From an uncultured Actinomycetota bacterium (GTDB lineage Bacteria > Actinomycetota > Actinomycetes > Actinomycetales > Dermatophilaceae), in NCBI GenBank assembly GCA_963752365.1, contig CAVVXY010000004.1, positions 3,903-67,902 of the forward strand: DNA of 64,000 nt, read 5' to 3'. Shown here piece after piece: positions 35,217 through 44,931 of the stretch. Each line of letters begins with the position of its first letter. The stretch's first letter is position 1. The translations under genes and the position numbers were made by a program. A model generated the notes under the pieces. The model saw only the letters and a list, made by a program, of their open reading frames with translations. It made no database searches and was not told the origin of the DNA.

Positions 35217-35274
35217 CGAGAGGTCACAACCCGCCGCCGGCGATCGTCGCGTCGCGGCGGGTTGTGACCTTTCG
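35217..35274 (+). repeat. REP-like palindromic element / terminator hairpin, copy 1
   Basis: CGAGAGGTCACAACCCGCCGC, a 16-nt loop, then GCGGCGGGTTGTGACCTTTCG. Starts 27 nt after the stop at 35190. Homologous to 47814..47860. Confidence 0.65.
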
Positions 35275-35321
35275 TCATGCGGTGGCTGGGGAATGAGCGA
35301 TCGGGATCCGACGTTCCGACG

Positions 35322-35327
35322 TATAGT
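35322..35327 (+). promoter_or_regulatory. -10 box TATAGT upstream of the pirin gene
   Basis: Lies in the most AT-rich patch of the window (CGTATAGTTAAAACGTCAACC). AAGGAG (35341-35346) lies 6 nt before ATG 35353. Confidence 0.45.
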
Positions 35328-35352
35328 TAAAACGTCAACCAAGGAGTGTCGA

Positions 35353-36336
35353 ATGCCCGCCGTCACCGTCCCCGACCTGACCGTCCTGCCGCGCGTCGAC
35401 GCGCTCGAGCCGGGCGCCCGCATTCGCGGCGTCAAGCACCTCTCGACGGCCCCCCGAGGCTTCGAGGGCGAGGGCTTCCCCGTCAAGCGGGCCTTCATGG
35501 GCGCCGACCTCGCCGACATCGACCCGTTCGTCATGATGGACGAGATGGGCGAGGTCGACTACGCGCCGGGCGAGCCCAAGGGCACGAGCTGGCACCCGCA
35601 CCGCGGCTTCGAGACCGTCACCTACATCATCGACGGGATCTTCGACCACCAGGACTCCTACGGCGGCGGCGGCACGATCACCAACGGCGCGACCCAGTGG
35701 ATGACCGCCGGCGGCGGCATCCTGCACATCGAGCGCCCGCCGGAGAGCCTCGTCGTGAGCGGCGGCCTCTTCCACGGCCTCCAGCTGTGGGTCAACCTGC
35801 CGCGCAAGGACAAGGGCGCCCGTCCGCGCTACCAGGACCTCGACGCCGGCATGGTCACCCTCCTGACGAATGCCAACGGCGGCGCCCTCGTCCGCGTCAT
35901 CGCCGGCGACGTCGCGGGCCACGAGGGTCCCGGTGCGACGTACTCGCCCATGACGATGATCCACGCGACCGTCCAGCCGGGTGAGCGGCTCGAGCTGCCG
36001 TGGCGCGCGGACTTCAACGCGCTCGTCTACGTCATGAGCGGGAGCGGCAGCGTCGGCCCCGAGGCCGTCCGCATCGGCGCCTCGCAGCTCGCCGTCCTCG
36101 GCGCGGGTGCCGGGATCCGGGTCGAGGCCGACGGGCAGCAGGGCTCGCTCGCCGCCGACGGCATGGAGGTCGTCATCCTCGGCGGCCTTCCGATCCGTGA
36201 GCCGATCGCGTGGGCCGGTCCCTTCGTCATGAACACCCGGGCCGAGCTCGTCCAGGCCTTCGAGGACTACCAGGCCGGACGGCTCGGGCAGCCCGACGTG
36301 CCACACCTCGGTGGCGGCGGCGGCACCCGCCCCTGA
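35353..36336 (+). CDS. pirin-family protein
   Basis: Internal ATG 35353 of ORF 35293..36336 with an AAGGAG RBS. Pirin motif WHPHRGFETVTYIIDG and the second cupin half. Confidence 0.9.
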   Translation: MPAVTVPDLTVLPRVDALEPGARIRGVKHLSTAPRGFEGEGFPVKRAFMGADLADIDPFVMMDEMGEVDYAPGEPKGTSWHPHRGFETVTYIIDGIFDHQDSYGGGGTITNGATQWMTAGGGILHIERPPESLVVSGGLFHGLQLWVNLPRKDKGARPRYQDLDAGMVTLLTNANGGALVRVIAGDVAGHEGPGATYSPMTMIHATVQPGERLELPWRADFNALVYVMSGSGSVGPEAVRIGASQLAVLGAGAGIRVEADGQQGSLAADGMEVVILGGLPIREPIAWAGPFVMNTRAELVQAFEDYQAGRLGQPDVPHLGGGGGTRP

Positions 36337-36366
36337 GGATCGGTCCGGCCACCCGCGAAGTCGAGA

Positions 36367-36804
36367 CTACCCGGGTGGCGGGGTCAGCTCGTCGACCCGA
36401 TCCCAGTCGGCCCCGCTGAGGGCGATCGCCGCAGCGGGGAAGAGCCCGTTGTCCTCCTTGTCGATGTGCGCGCGGAGTGCCCGCTCGAACGCGTCGAACT
36501 CGGCGTGCGCACCCGACCGCATCCGGACGAGGCCGGCGTCGAGGCCGGTGTGCTCGGCGCACAGGCCCTCGATGTGTTCGGTGAACTCATGGTCCTGGCG
36601 CATCGTCGCGAAGAGGCCGACCTCCTCCGCGTGGGTGTGCGGGTGCAACAGGGACTCCATGGCTGTGACCGCTTCCGCCACGGCTTCGGGGTCTCCTGCG
36701 GCGCACGAGGAACGCAGTCGAGTCAGGGCATTGACGATGTCCTCGTGCTCGGCCATGAACCGTCCGATGACCGTGATCGCCTCGCAGCCGCAGTAGGAGC
36801 ACAC
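36367..36804 (-). CDS. hemerythrin-domain protein with N-terminal CxxCxC
   Basis: GTG 36804 within ORF 36367..37101 (VCSYCGCEAITVIGRFMAEHEDI...). HHE-type His/Glu pattern (EH...HPHTHAEE...EH...H..KED). Begins 1 nt after the upstream stop. Confidence 0.7.
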   Translation of the reverse strand: MCSYCGCEAITVIGRFMAEHEDIVNALTRLRSSCAAGDPEAVAEAVTAMESLLHPHTHAEEVGLFATMRQDHEFTEHIEGLCAEHTGLDAGLVRMRSGAHAEFDAFERALRAHIDKEDNGLFPAAAIALSGADWDRVDELTPPPG

Positions 36805-36805
36805 C

Positions 36806-37141
36806 TCAGGCGCGCAGGCTGACCGTGAGCAGGACGACCGAGTCCTCCTCGGCGTCCAGGGCATGCCGCGAGGGAGGGATCGCGACGACCTGCCCGGCGG
36901 CGACCTGCCACGCCGCGTCCCCGGTGTGCAGGCGGACCCTCCCGGTGAGGCATTGGAGGCTCGCCGCGGGCGGCGCGGCGTGCTCGTCCAGCGACTCACC
37001 CGCGAGGAGCGCGATGGCTGTGGCGCGCTGGAGGCCGCCGGCCACGACGACGTGCGCGGCCCGACCGCGGGCGTCCGAGCGGGCCTGCTTGAGAAGGGCA
37101 TTCGCGATCGCGCCGAGGTCGGCCACGGAGGACTCCGTCAT
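36806..37141 (-). CDS. small cupin-domain protein
   Basis: ATG 37141 within ORF 36806..37810 (MTESSVADLGAIANALL...). 111 aa. Starts 5 nt after the narI stop. Confidence 0.6.
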   Translation of the reverse strand: MTESSVADLGAIANALLKQARSDARGRAAHVVVAGGLQRATAIALLAGESLDEHAAPPAASLQCLTGRVRLHTGDAAWQVAAGQVVAIPPSRHALDAEEDSVVLLTVSLRA

Positions 37142-37146
37142 GACGC

Positions 37147-37902
37147 TCACTTCTTCTTCGACAGCTCGGGACGCGACTCCCAGCCGCGTCGCGGCGCGTG
37201 GGTCCCGGTGCCCCGGCCCGGCCGGACGTCGCGGCTGCGGTAGACGATGTAGGGGCGGGTCAGGTAGCCGACCGGTGCGCTGAAGACGTGGACCAGGCGG
37301 GTGAACGGCCACATCGCGAAGAGCACCATCGCGAGCAGCGCGTGCAGCTGGAAGCCGACCGGCGCGTCGGCCATGAGGGTCGGGTCCGCCCGGAAGGTGA
37401 AGACGGACCGCCACCACGGCGAGACGCCGTCGCGGTAGTCGTACTCGCCGCCGAACTGGAGGAGCGAGCCGGCGATCGTGTTCCACACGCCGAGGACGAT
37501 GACGAGCCCGAGGACGAGGTACATGACCTTGTCGTTGACCGTCGTCGCCGAGAAGACGGGCCCGGTCGTCCGTCGCCGGTAGACGAGGATCGCGAGCCCG
37601 GCCAGGGCCGCGACCCCCGCGGGGATGCCGCCGGCCAGCGCGATCACGTGGTAGGCGTGCTCGCTCAGCCCCAGGGCATTCGTCCACAGCTTGGGGATGA
37701 CCAGGCCGATGACGTGACCCGCGACGACGCCGAGCATCCCGAAGTGGAACAGCGGCGAGCCGATCCGCAGCAGCCGGTCCTCGTAGAGCTGGCTGCTCCG
37801 TGTCGTCCACCCGAACTTGTCGTAGCGGTAGCGCCAGTAGTGGCCGACGACGAAGATCGCGAGGCTGAGGTAGGGGACGATGAGCCAGAGGAAGGTGCTC
37901 AC
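37147..37902 (-). CDS. narI: respiratory nitrate reductase gamma subunit
   Basis: GTG 37902 within ORF 37147..38958, overlapping the narJ stop (GTGA). Five TM helices with heme-ligand His pattern; WRYRYDKFGWTTRSSQ motif. Confidence 0.9.
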   Translation of the reverse strand: MSTFLWLIVPYLSLAIFVVGHYWRYRYDKFGWTTRSSQLYEDRLLRIGSPLFHFGMLGVVAGHVIGLVIPKLWTNALGLSEHAYHVIALAGGIPAGVAALAGLAILVYRRRTTGPVFSATTVNDKVMYLVLGLVIVLGVWNTIAGSLLQFGGEYDYRDGVSPWWRSVFTFRADPTLMADAPVGFQLHALLAMVLFAMWPFTRLVHVFSAPVGYLTRPYIVYRSRDVRPGRGTGTHAPRRGWESRPELSKKK

Positions 37903-38618
37903 TGCGGTGCTCCCACGGGGATGGAGGTGCCGAGGTCGATCGGCTCGGGCCGGGGGTTGAGGCGAGGGTCGAGGGCGTAGCCGGGCAGGTCGAGGCCGAC
38001 GGCCTCGCTCGGAGGACCTTCGGCGATCAGCCGGGCGAGGGCCTCCTCGTCGGTGCCGTCGAGCACGGGGAGGGTGGCGCGGAGGGAGTGGATGACGCCC
38101 CGCCACGGGGACTGTCGCTGCTCCAGTGCACGGGCCAGCAGCTCGACACCGACGCGGTGGTCGCACATCAGCCGCCAGGCGACGTCGAGGTCGTGCGCGG
38201 CGCCGAACTCGAGCAGGACGTTCAGGTGGTCCGGTAGCTCGGTGTCGTCGAGCTCGAGGCCCGCGGCCCGATAGGCCTGCTTGAAGCGGATGATCTCGAC
38301 GCCGCGCTTCCGGGTGTCCCCGGCGGTGTAGTACGTCAGGTGGAGCGCGCACCGTCGCGTCACGTCGAAGGTGTCGACATAGGTCGCCTGCAGGGTCCGC
38401 AGGTCCCCGGCCTCGACGTCGTCGAGGAATGCAGTGAGCCCATCCGAGATGGAGGACGGCAGGTCCCCGATCGCCTTGCGCAGCAACGGAGCTCGCGCGA
38501 CCAGCTCCTCTGTCGGATAGTCGAGCAGGAGCGAGCAGACCTGCCAGGCCGTGCGCACGTCGCCGCGCGCGAGGGACGGGACGGATCGACGGTGTCGTCG
38601 CCACTGCATTCGGCTCAC
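37899..38618 (-). CDS. narJ: nitrate reductase molybdenum-cofactor assembly chaperone
   Basis: ORF 37899..38618. ATGA overlap with the narH stop. Position between narH and narI, and YTAGDTRKRG / LPDHLNVLLEF motifs. Confidence 0.85.
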   Translation of the reverse strand: MSRMQWRRHRRSVPSLARGDVRTAWQVCSLLLDYPTEELVARAPLLRKAIGDLPSSISDGLTAFLDDVEAGDLRTLQATYVDTFDVTRRCALHLTYYTAGDTRKRGVEIIRFKQAYRAAGLELDDTELPDHLNVLLEFGAAHDLDVAWRLMCDHRVGVELLARALEQRQSPWRGVIHSLRATLPVLDGTDEEALARLIAEGPPSEAVGLDLPGYALDPRLNPRPEPIDLGTSIPVGAPQ

Positions 38619-40270
38619 CCCCTCCGCTCGCCGGGGAAGATGCCCTCGGGCAGGCCCTTGCCGTCCCAGCTGAGGAGGTTGACCCGGCCGCGGAGCGGGT
38701 TCTCGGCCGACATCTCCGCGAGCGTGTCCGCGGACTGCGCCTCCGTGAGGACGCGCAGGTTCTCGACGGCCACGGGCGTGAGGCCACCGGAGCCCTCGCC
38801 GAACACCGACGACTGCCCGCCGCCGTAGTCGGACACCGCGCAGTCGGTCGCGAGCTCCTCGAGCGCGTGCGCCTGCTCGCCGTGCGCGGTCGGGATGACG
38901 TAGCGGTCCGCGTACTTGGCGATGGCGAGCAGCCGGAACATCTCGTACATGTCCTCACCGGTCATCCCGACCGACGCGGGGATCGACTCGTCCGCCTCGC
39001 GGTCGAGGTTGAGGTCCCTCATGTACGAGCGCATCGCCGCGAGCCTGCGGAGGACCGCGTCGACGGGCGCGACCTCACCGGCCGTGAACAGGTTGGCCAG
39101 GTACTCGACGGGGATCCGCAGCGTGTCGATCGCGGCGAAGAGGTTGCCTTGGTCCTCGGCGTCGTGACCGGTGTCCTTGATGACGTCGACGACGGGGGAG
39201 AGCGGCGGGATGTACCAGACCATCGGCATGGTCCGGTACTCCGGGTGCAGCGGCAGCGCGACCTGGTAGTCCATGATCAGCCGCTTGACCGGCGACCTCC
39301 GGGCCGCCTCGACCCAGTCGCCGGGGATGCCGGCGGCCTCGGCGGCCCGCTGCACCTCCGGGTCGTCCGGGTCGAGGAAGACGCCACGCTGGGCCTCGTA
39401 GAGGTCGTGGTCGTCCTCGACGCTCGCCGCCGCGAGGACCGCGTCCGCGTCGTAGAGCATGAGCCCGATGTAGCGCAGCCGGCCGACGCACGTCTCCGCG
39501 CAGACGGTGGGAATGCCGACCTCGACCCTCGGGTAGCAGAAGGTGCACTTCTCGGCCTTGCCGGTCTTGTGGTTGAAGTAGACCTTCTTGTACGGGCAGC
39601 CGCTGATGCACATCCGCCACCCGCGGCACCGGTCCTGGTCGACGAGGACGATTCCGTCCTCCTCGCGCTTGTAGATCGCGCCGCTCGGGCAGGACGCGGC
39701 GCAGCTCGGGTTGAGGCAGTGCTCGCAGATCCGCGGCAGGTAGAACATGAAGGTCTGCTCGAACTCGAACTTCACCTTGTCCTCGATGCCCTTGAGCATC
39801 GGGTCCTTGGGCCCGTACTCGCGGGAGCCGCCGAGGTCGTCGTCCCAGTTCGCCGACCAGCCGATGTTGATCGGCTTGCCCGAGATGAGCGAATGCGGCC
39901 GCGCGACAGGGAAGTTCGCCTGGCTCGGGGCGTTGAGCAGGGTCTCGTAGTCGTAGGTCCACGGCTCGTAGTAGTCCTGGATGCCGGGCATCTTGGGGTT
40001 GCTGAAGATCGTCGCGAGCTTCTGCAGCCGGCCGCCGGCGCGGAGCGCGAGGCGCCCGTTGGCCTTGCGGACCCAGCCGCCGCGCCACTCCTCCTGGTCC
40101 TCGTAACGGCGGGGGTAGCCCAGGCCCGGGCGGGTCTCCACGTTGTTGAACCACACGTACTCGGTGCCGGTGCGGTTGGTCCACGCCTGCTTGCACGTCA
40201 CCGAGCAGGTGTGGCAGCCGATGCACTTGTCGAGGTTCATCACCATCGCGAGCTGCGCCATGACCTTCAT
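38615..40270 (-). CDS. narH: respiratory nitrate reductase beta (Fe-S) subunit
   Basis: ORF 38615..40270. Ferredoxin-type Cys clusters (CIGCHTCSVTCK, CEHCLNPSCAASCP, CRGWRMCISGCPY). Confidence 0.95.
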   Translation of the reverse strand: MKVMAQLAMVMNLDKCIGCHTCSVTCKQAWTNRTGTEYVWFNNVETRPGLGYPRRYEDQEEWRGGWVRKANGRLALRAGGRLQKLATIFSNPKMPGIQDYYEPWTYDYETLLNAPSQANFPVARPHSLISGKPINIGWSANWDDDLGGSREYGPKDPMLKGIEDKVKFEFEQTFMFYLPRICEHCLNPSCAASCPSGAIYKREEDGIVLVDQDRCRGWRMCISGCPYKKVYFNHKTGKAEKCTFCYPRVEVGIPTVCAETCVGRLRYIGLMLYDADAVLAAASVEDDHDLYEAQRGVFLDPDDPEVQRAAEAAGIPGDWVEAARRSPVKRLIMDYQVALPLHPEYRTMPMVWYIPPLSPVVDVIKDTGHDAEDQGNLFAAIDTLRIPVEYLANLFTAGEVAPVDAVLRRLAAMRSYMRDLNLDREADESIPASVGMTGEDMYEMFRLLAIAKYADRYVIPTAHGEQAHALEELATDCAVSDYGGGQSSVFGEGSGGLTPVAVENLRVLTEAQSADTLAEMSAENPLRGRVNLLSWDGKGLPEGIFPGERRG

Positions 40271-40271
40271 G

Positions 40272-43200
40272 TCAGTAGACCACCTTCTGGTCGGAGCGCC
40301 GACGGATCTTGGTGACCTCGTCCCGGTTGTTGCCCGTCGGTCCGATGTAGTTGAAGAAGTACGCGAGCTGGGCGTAGCCGCCGATCAGGTGGCTCGGCTT
40401 CATGAGCGTCCGGGTCAGCGAGTTGTGGATGCCGCCCCGCTTGCCGTCGCGCTCGGTGAGCGGCACGTCGATGAGGCGGTCCTGGGCGTGGTGCATGTAG
40501 ACCGTGCCCTCCGGCATCCGATGGCTGACGATCGCCCGCGCGGCGACGACCCCGTTGCGGTTGACGGCCTCGACCCAGTCGTTGTCCTTGATGCCGACCT
40601 TGTCCGCGTCGCGGTCCGACATCCAGATCGTCTGGCCGCCGCGGGAGAGGGAGAGCATGAAGAGGTTGTCCTGGTACTCGCTGTGGATCGACCACTTGTT
40701 GTGCGGCGTCAGGTAGCGGACCGTCACGCCGAGCTCGTCCTGCTCGCCGATCGGGGTCTCGCCGAAGAGCGCGGTCATGTCGAGCGGCGGCCGGTAGACC
40801 GGCATCGCCTCGCCCATGCCGACGATCCAGTCGTGGTCGAGGTAGAACTGCTGTCGCCCGGTCAGCGTGTGGAACGGCTTGAGCCGCTCGATGTTGATCG
40901 TGAACGGCGCATACCGCCGGCCGCCCGTCTCCGAGCCGGACCACTCGGGTGAGGTGATGACCGGGACGGGCGCGACCTGGGTGTCGGCGAAGGTGATCTG
41001 CTTGCCCTCGTGCTCGGCCGCCAGGTCGTGCAGCTGGGTGCCGGTGCGCTTCTCGACGTTCTTGAAGCCGTGGGTCGCGAGGTGCCCGTTCGTCGTGCCC
41101 GAGAGGTGGAGGATCGCGTCCGCGAACTGGATGTCGGTCTCGACCAGCGGCTGCCCGTCGCCGACCCCACCACGCCGAATGCCGTTGCGCTGCCTGAGGA
41201 TTCCCATCTCGCGCTCGACGTTGTAGGGCACTCCCTTGGTCAGCATCCCGACGCGCTCCAGGAGCGGGCCGATCGAGGTCATCTTGTCGTAGACCGCCGT
41301 GTAGTCGCGCTCCGCGACCGCGATGACCGGCATCGTCCTGCCCGGCACGGGGTCGCACTCGCCGAGCCGCCAGTCGCGGACGACGCCGTGCACCGTCGCC
41401 ATCGCCTCGGGGGTGTCGTGCCAGAGCGGCTTGGCGACGACGTCCTTGCGGGTGCCGAGGTGGTCGACGGCGAGCTCGGAGAACTTCCTCGCGATCTCCT
41501 TCCAGGCCTCCCAGTCGGTCTTGCTCTGCCACGGCGGTGAGATCGCCGGGTTGAAGGAGTGGACGAACGGGTGCATGTCGGTCGTCGAGAGGTCGTGCTT
41601 CTCGTACCACGTCGCCGCCGGCAGGACGACGTCGGAGAACAGCGTCGAGCTCGTCATCCGGAAGTCGAGGGTGGTGAGCAGGTCGAGCTTGCCCTCGGCG
41701 GCCTGCGCCGGCCACTCGATCGTCGACGGACGCTTGTCGGGCGGAGCCTCGCGCGCGGTCGCCGAGGAGTCGGTCCCGAGCAGGTGGCGGAGGAAGTACT
41801 CGTTGCCCTTGGCGCTGGAGCCGAACAGGTTCGAGCGCCAGAGCGACAGGATCCGGGGGTGGTTCTCCTCGGCCTCGGGGTCCTCGACGGCGAACTTGAG
41901 CGCGCCGGAGGTCAGCTGGTCGACGACGTAGGCGGCCGGCTCCATGCCCGCGGCCGCCGCCTCGTCGGCGAGGGCGAGGCTGCTTCGGTTGAAGGTCGGG
42001 TAGCTCGGCGTCCAGCCCAGCCGGACCGACTGGGCGAGCAGGTCCATGACGCCCTTGCCCGCGAAGACGCCCGTGCCGGAGTCGATCTCGTCGGCGGTGA
42101 AGGTGTCGTAGCGGTACTGGCTCGTGTTGACGTACCAGTACGCGGTCTGGTTCATGTGCCGCGGCGGACGGTGCCAGTCGAGGGCGAATGCCATGTGCTG
42201 GAAACCCATGATCGGCCGGATCTTCTCCTGACCGACGTAGTGCCCCCAGCCGCCGCCGTTGCGACCCTGGCAGCCCGTGATCGAGGTGAGCAGGAGCATC
42301 GCGCGGTAGATCTGGTCGGAGTGGAACCAGTGGTTCGTCCCGGCGCCCATGAGGATCATTCCCCGGCCCTGCGTGTCGATCGCGTTCTGCGCCCACTCGC
42401 GCGCGAGCCGCGTCACCTGGGCCGCCGGCACGGATGTGTGCTGCTCCTGCCAGGCCGGGGTCGCGGGGACGCTCGGGTCGTCGTAGCCGGCCGGCCAGGT
42501 CCCCGGCAGCCCGGCGCGCTCGACGCCGTACTGGGCGAACAGCAGGTCGAGGACCGTCGTCACGAGCCGGTCGCCGATCCGCTTGGCCGGCACGCCGCGG
42601 TCGTCGTGGCGGACGAGGCCGTCCTCCGCGTCGAAGCGGGGCAGGCGCACGACGACGTCCTCGTCGGAGACGCCGAGCAAAGTCAGCAGCGGGTCGATCT
42701 CACCGAGGTCGAGGTTCCACTTCCCCCAGCCCTCGTCGCCGTAGCGGAAGCCGATGGAGCCGTTCGGGACGGCGACCTCCCCGGTGGCGCCGTCGAGGAC
42801 GACCGGCTTCCACATCGCATTCTCCGACGTCGCCTCGGGGATCTCGAGGTCGCCGGCGACGACGTTCTTGCCCGGGCGGTACACACGGGGGGCTCCGCCC
42901 CCCGTGGACCCCCCGACTGCGTCGAGCTCGCTCCGCTCGCCGTCCCGATTCGTCACATTGGAGTCCCCTCCTTCGTCGGGGTCCAATGTGACGAGGAACG
43001 GTAGGTCCGTGTAGCGCTTGTCGTAGTCGACGAAGAAGGGAACCTCCCGCTCGGCGAAGAACTCCTTGAGGATCACGTGCCCCATCGCCATGGCGAGCGC
43101 CCCGTCGGTGCCGGGTGCGCAGCTGACCCACTCGTCGGCGAACTTGACGTTCTCCGCGTAGTCCGGGGCCACCGCGACGACCTTCTGCCCGCGGTAGCGC

Positions 43201-44056
43201 GCCTCGGTCATCCAGTGCGCGTCGGGCGTGCGGGTCAGCGGGACGTTGGAGCCCCACATGATGAGGTAGCCGGCGTCCCACCAGTCGCCCGACTCGGGGA
43301 CGTCGGTCTGGTCGCCGAACATCTGCGGCGAGGCATTCGGCAGGTCGGCGTACCAGTCGTAGAAGGACAGCATGGGCGCGCCGATGAGCTCGTGGAAGCG
43401 CGCGCCGGACGCGTACGACACCGGGGACATCGCCGGGATCGGGGAGAAGCCGGCGATCCGGTCCGGCCCCCAGCGCTTGACCGTGTAGACGTGGGCGGCC
43501 GCGACGAGCTCGACGACCTCGGCCCACGACGCGCGGACGAGCCCGCCCTTGCCGCGCGCCGACTTGTACTGCCGGGCCCGCTCGGGGTCCTGGACGATCG
43601 AGGCCCACGCGACGACCGGGTCGCCGCCGACGGCCTCCTTGGCCTGCCGGAACAGGTCGAGCAGGACGCCGCGGACGTAGGGGTAGCGCACGCGGGTGGG
43701 GGAGTAGGTGTACCAGGAGAATGCCGCGCCGCGCGGGCAGCCGCGGGGCTCGTACTCCGGCTTGTCGGCGCCGGTCGACGGGTAGTCGGTCTGCTGAGAC
43801 TCCCAGGTGATGATCCCGTCCTTGACGTAGACCTTCCACGAGCAGGAGCCGGTGCAGTTGACGCCGTGGGTCGAGCGGACGACCTTGTCGTGGCTCCACC
43901 GGTCGCGGTAGAACGAGTCGCCGCTCCGCCCGCCCTCGACGTGCATCGTCCGCCGGTCCTCCGACACGGTGGCACGGGTGAAGAACCGGCGGGTCCCGAC
44001 GAGCGCGTCCGCGAGCGGGCTGTCGATCCCGGCCGGGACGGGACGGGTCAGGTCAT
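40272..44056 (-). CDS. narG: respiratory nitrate reductase alpha (molybdopterin) subunit; start region anomalous
   Basis: C-terminal about 1260 codons of ORF 40272..46094. Motifs HGVNCTGSCSWKVYVKDG, remnant Tat motif TRRFFT and MHPFVHSF. The SD-preceded ATG 44056 is out of frame after 2 codons. The in-frame alternative is CTG 44051. Confidence 0.9.
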
Positions 44057-44070
44057 GAGGGCTCCTCGGG

Positions 44071-44831
44071 TCAGGCCGGATGCGGGGGCGGGACGGTGAA
44101 GGGGGTCCTGGTGCGCACGTGGGCGAGGCAGCGGTCGCGGCTCGACGAAGGGCTCGAGGCTGACCTCGGTGTCGCTCCTCCCCGAGCTGCGCCATGGTCC
44201 CGGCGATGAGCCCGCGGTGGATGCCGCAGACGACCGCCGGGTTGTCGCGGGCGAGGTCGAGGAAGGGGCAGTCGACGAGCGCGACGGACACCTCGCGGCC
44301 GTCCTCGCTCGTCGACACCTGGGGCGTGTAGCCCCAGCCGCGCAGCACGTCGACCATCCGGCCGAGCTTGCTCAGCCACTGGCCGGGGGAGCGGGCCGGG
44401 CCGGTGTCGACGGGATGGACGTGGCGTCGCGCCCACTCCCGACCGGCGTCCGCCGGAGTGATCGTGCCGGACGCAGCCCGTGCGAAGGTCGAGGTCAGGA
44501 GCTCCGCGAGCGCGCGGTACGCATGGGCGTCGGAGGCGGACGAGGGGCCCATCGTACCCGGCGGCGACGGAGTAGAGCTTGCGTGGCCGGCCGGCGCGGG
44601 CCGCCCGCTCGAAGCGCGACTCGACGGAGCCCGCGGCGACGAGCTGGTCGAGGTGGAAGCGGACCGTCGTGACGTGGAGGTCGTGGGCGGCACGCGAGCT
44701 CGGCCGCCATCATGCCCGGGTGGTCCGGGTCGAGCTGGGCGCTCGTCGCGAGCGTGTCGACGAGGGCTCGGCGCACTGGGGAGTCGAGCAGGTCGACCGG
44801 AGCGCTCGGCGACGGAGCTGCGGTGCGGCAT
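44071..44831 (-). pseudogene. winged-HTH (ArsR-like) transcriptional regulator remnant, readable only across about five +1 frame changes
   Basis: Recognisable pieces lie in three different frames: MPHRSSVAERS / VDLLDSPVRRALVDTL...MMAAELA / AAHDLHVTTVRFHLDQLVAAG...GRPRKLYSV / ...YRALAELL...DCPFLDLARDNPAVVCGIHRGL...QLGEE / DTEVSLEPFVE / RDRCLAHV...PA-stop. Third-position GC follows these switches. GGAGG lies 4 nt before ATG 44831. Confidence 0.55.
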
Positions 44832-44845
44832 TCGACCTCCTCGCC

Positions 44846-44862
44846 GCGGATTTAGCGGATTT
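44846..44862. promoter_or_regulatory. direct repeat GCGGATTT-A-GCGGATTT in the nar divergent control region
   Basis: Two exact 8-mers with 9-bp spacing, 15-31 nt upstream of the regulator ATG 44831. Confidence 0.3.
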
Positions 44863-44916
44863 CCTCCGGTCATCAAACCACACCTCGCTACGATGCGGTA
44901 TGCCTCTTGCATCGCA

Positions 44917-44931
44917 AGGTGAGGCTCACCT
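44917..44931. promoter_or_regulatory. 15-bp perfect palindrome AGGTGAG-G-CTCACCT, candidate operator between the nar regulator/narG and narK
   Basis: Lies downstream of a TACGAT -10-like hexamer (44889-44894) and 93 nt upstream of narK ATG 45024. The half-sites are identical to those at 20602-20614. Confidence 0.4.
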
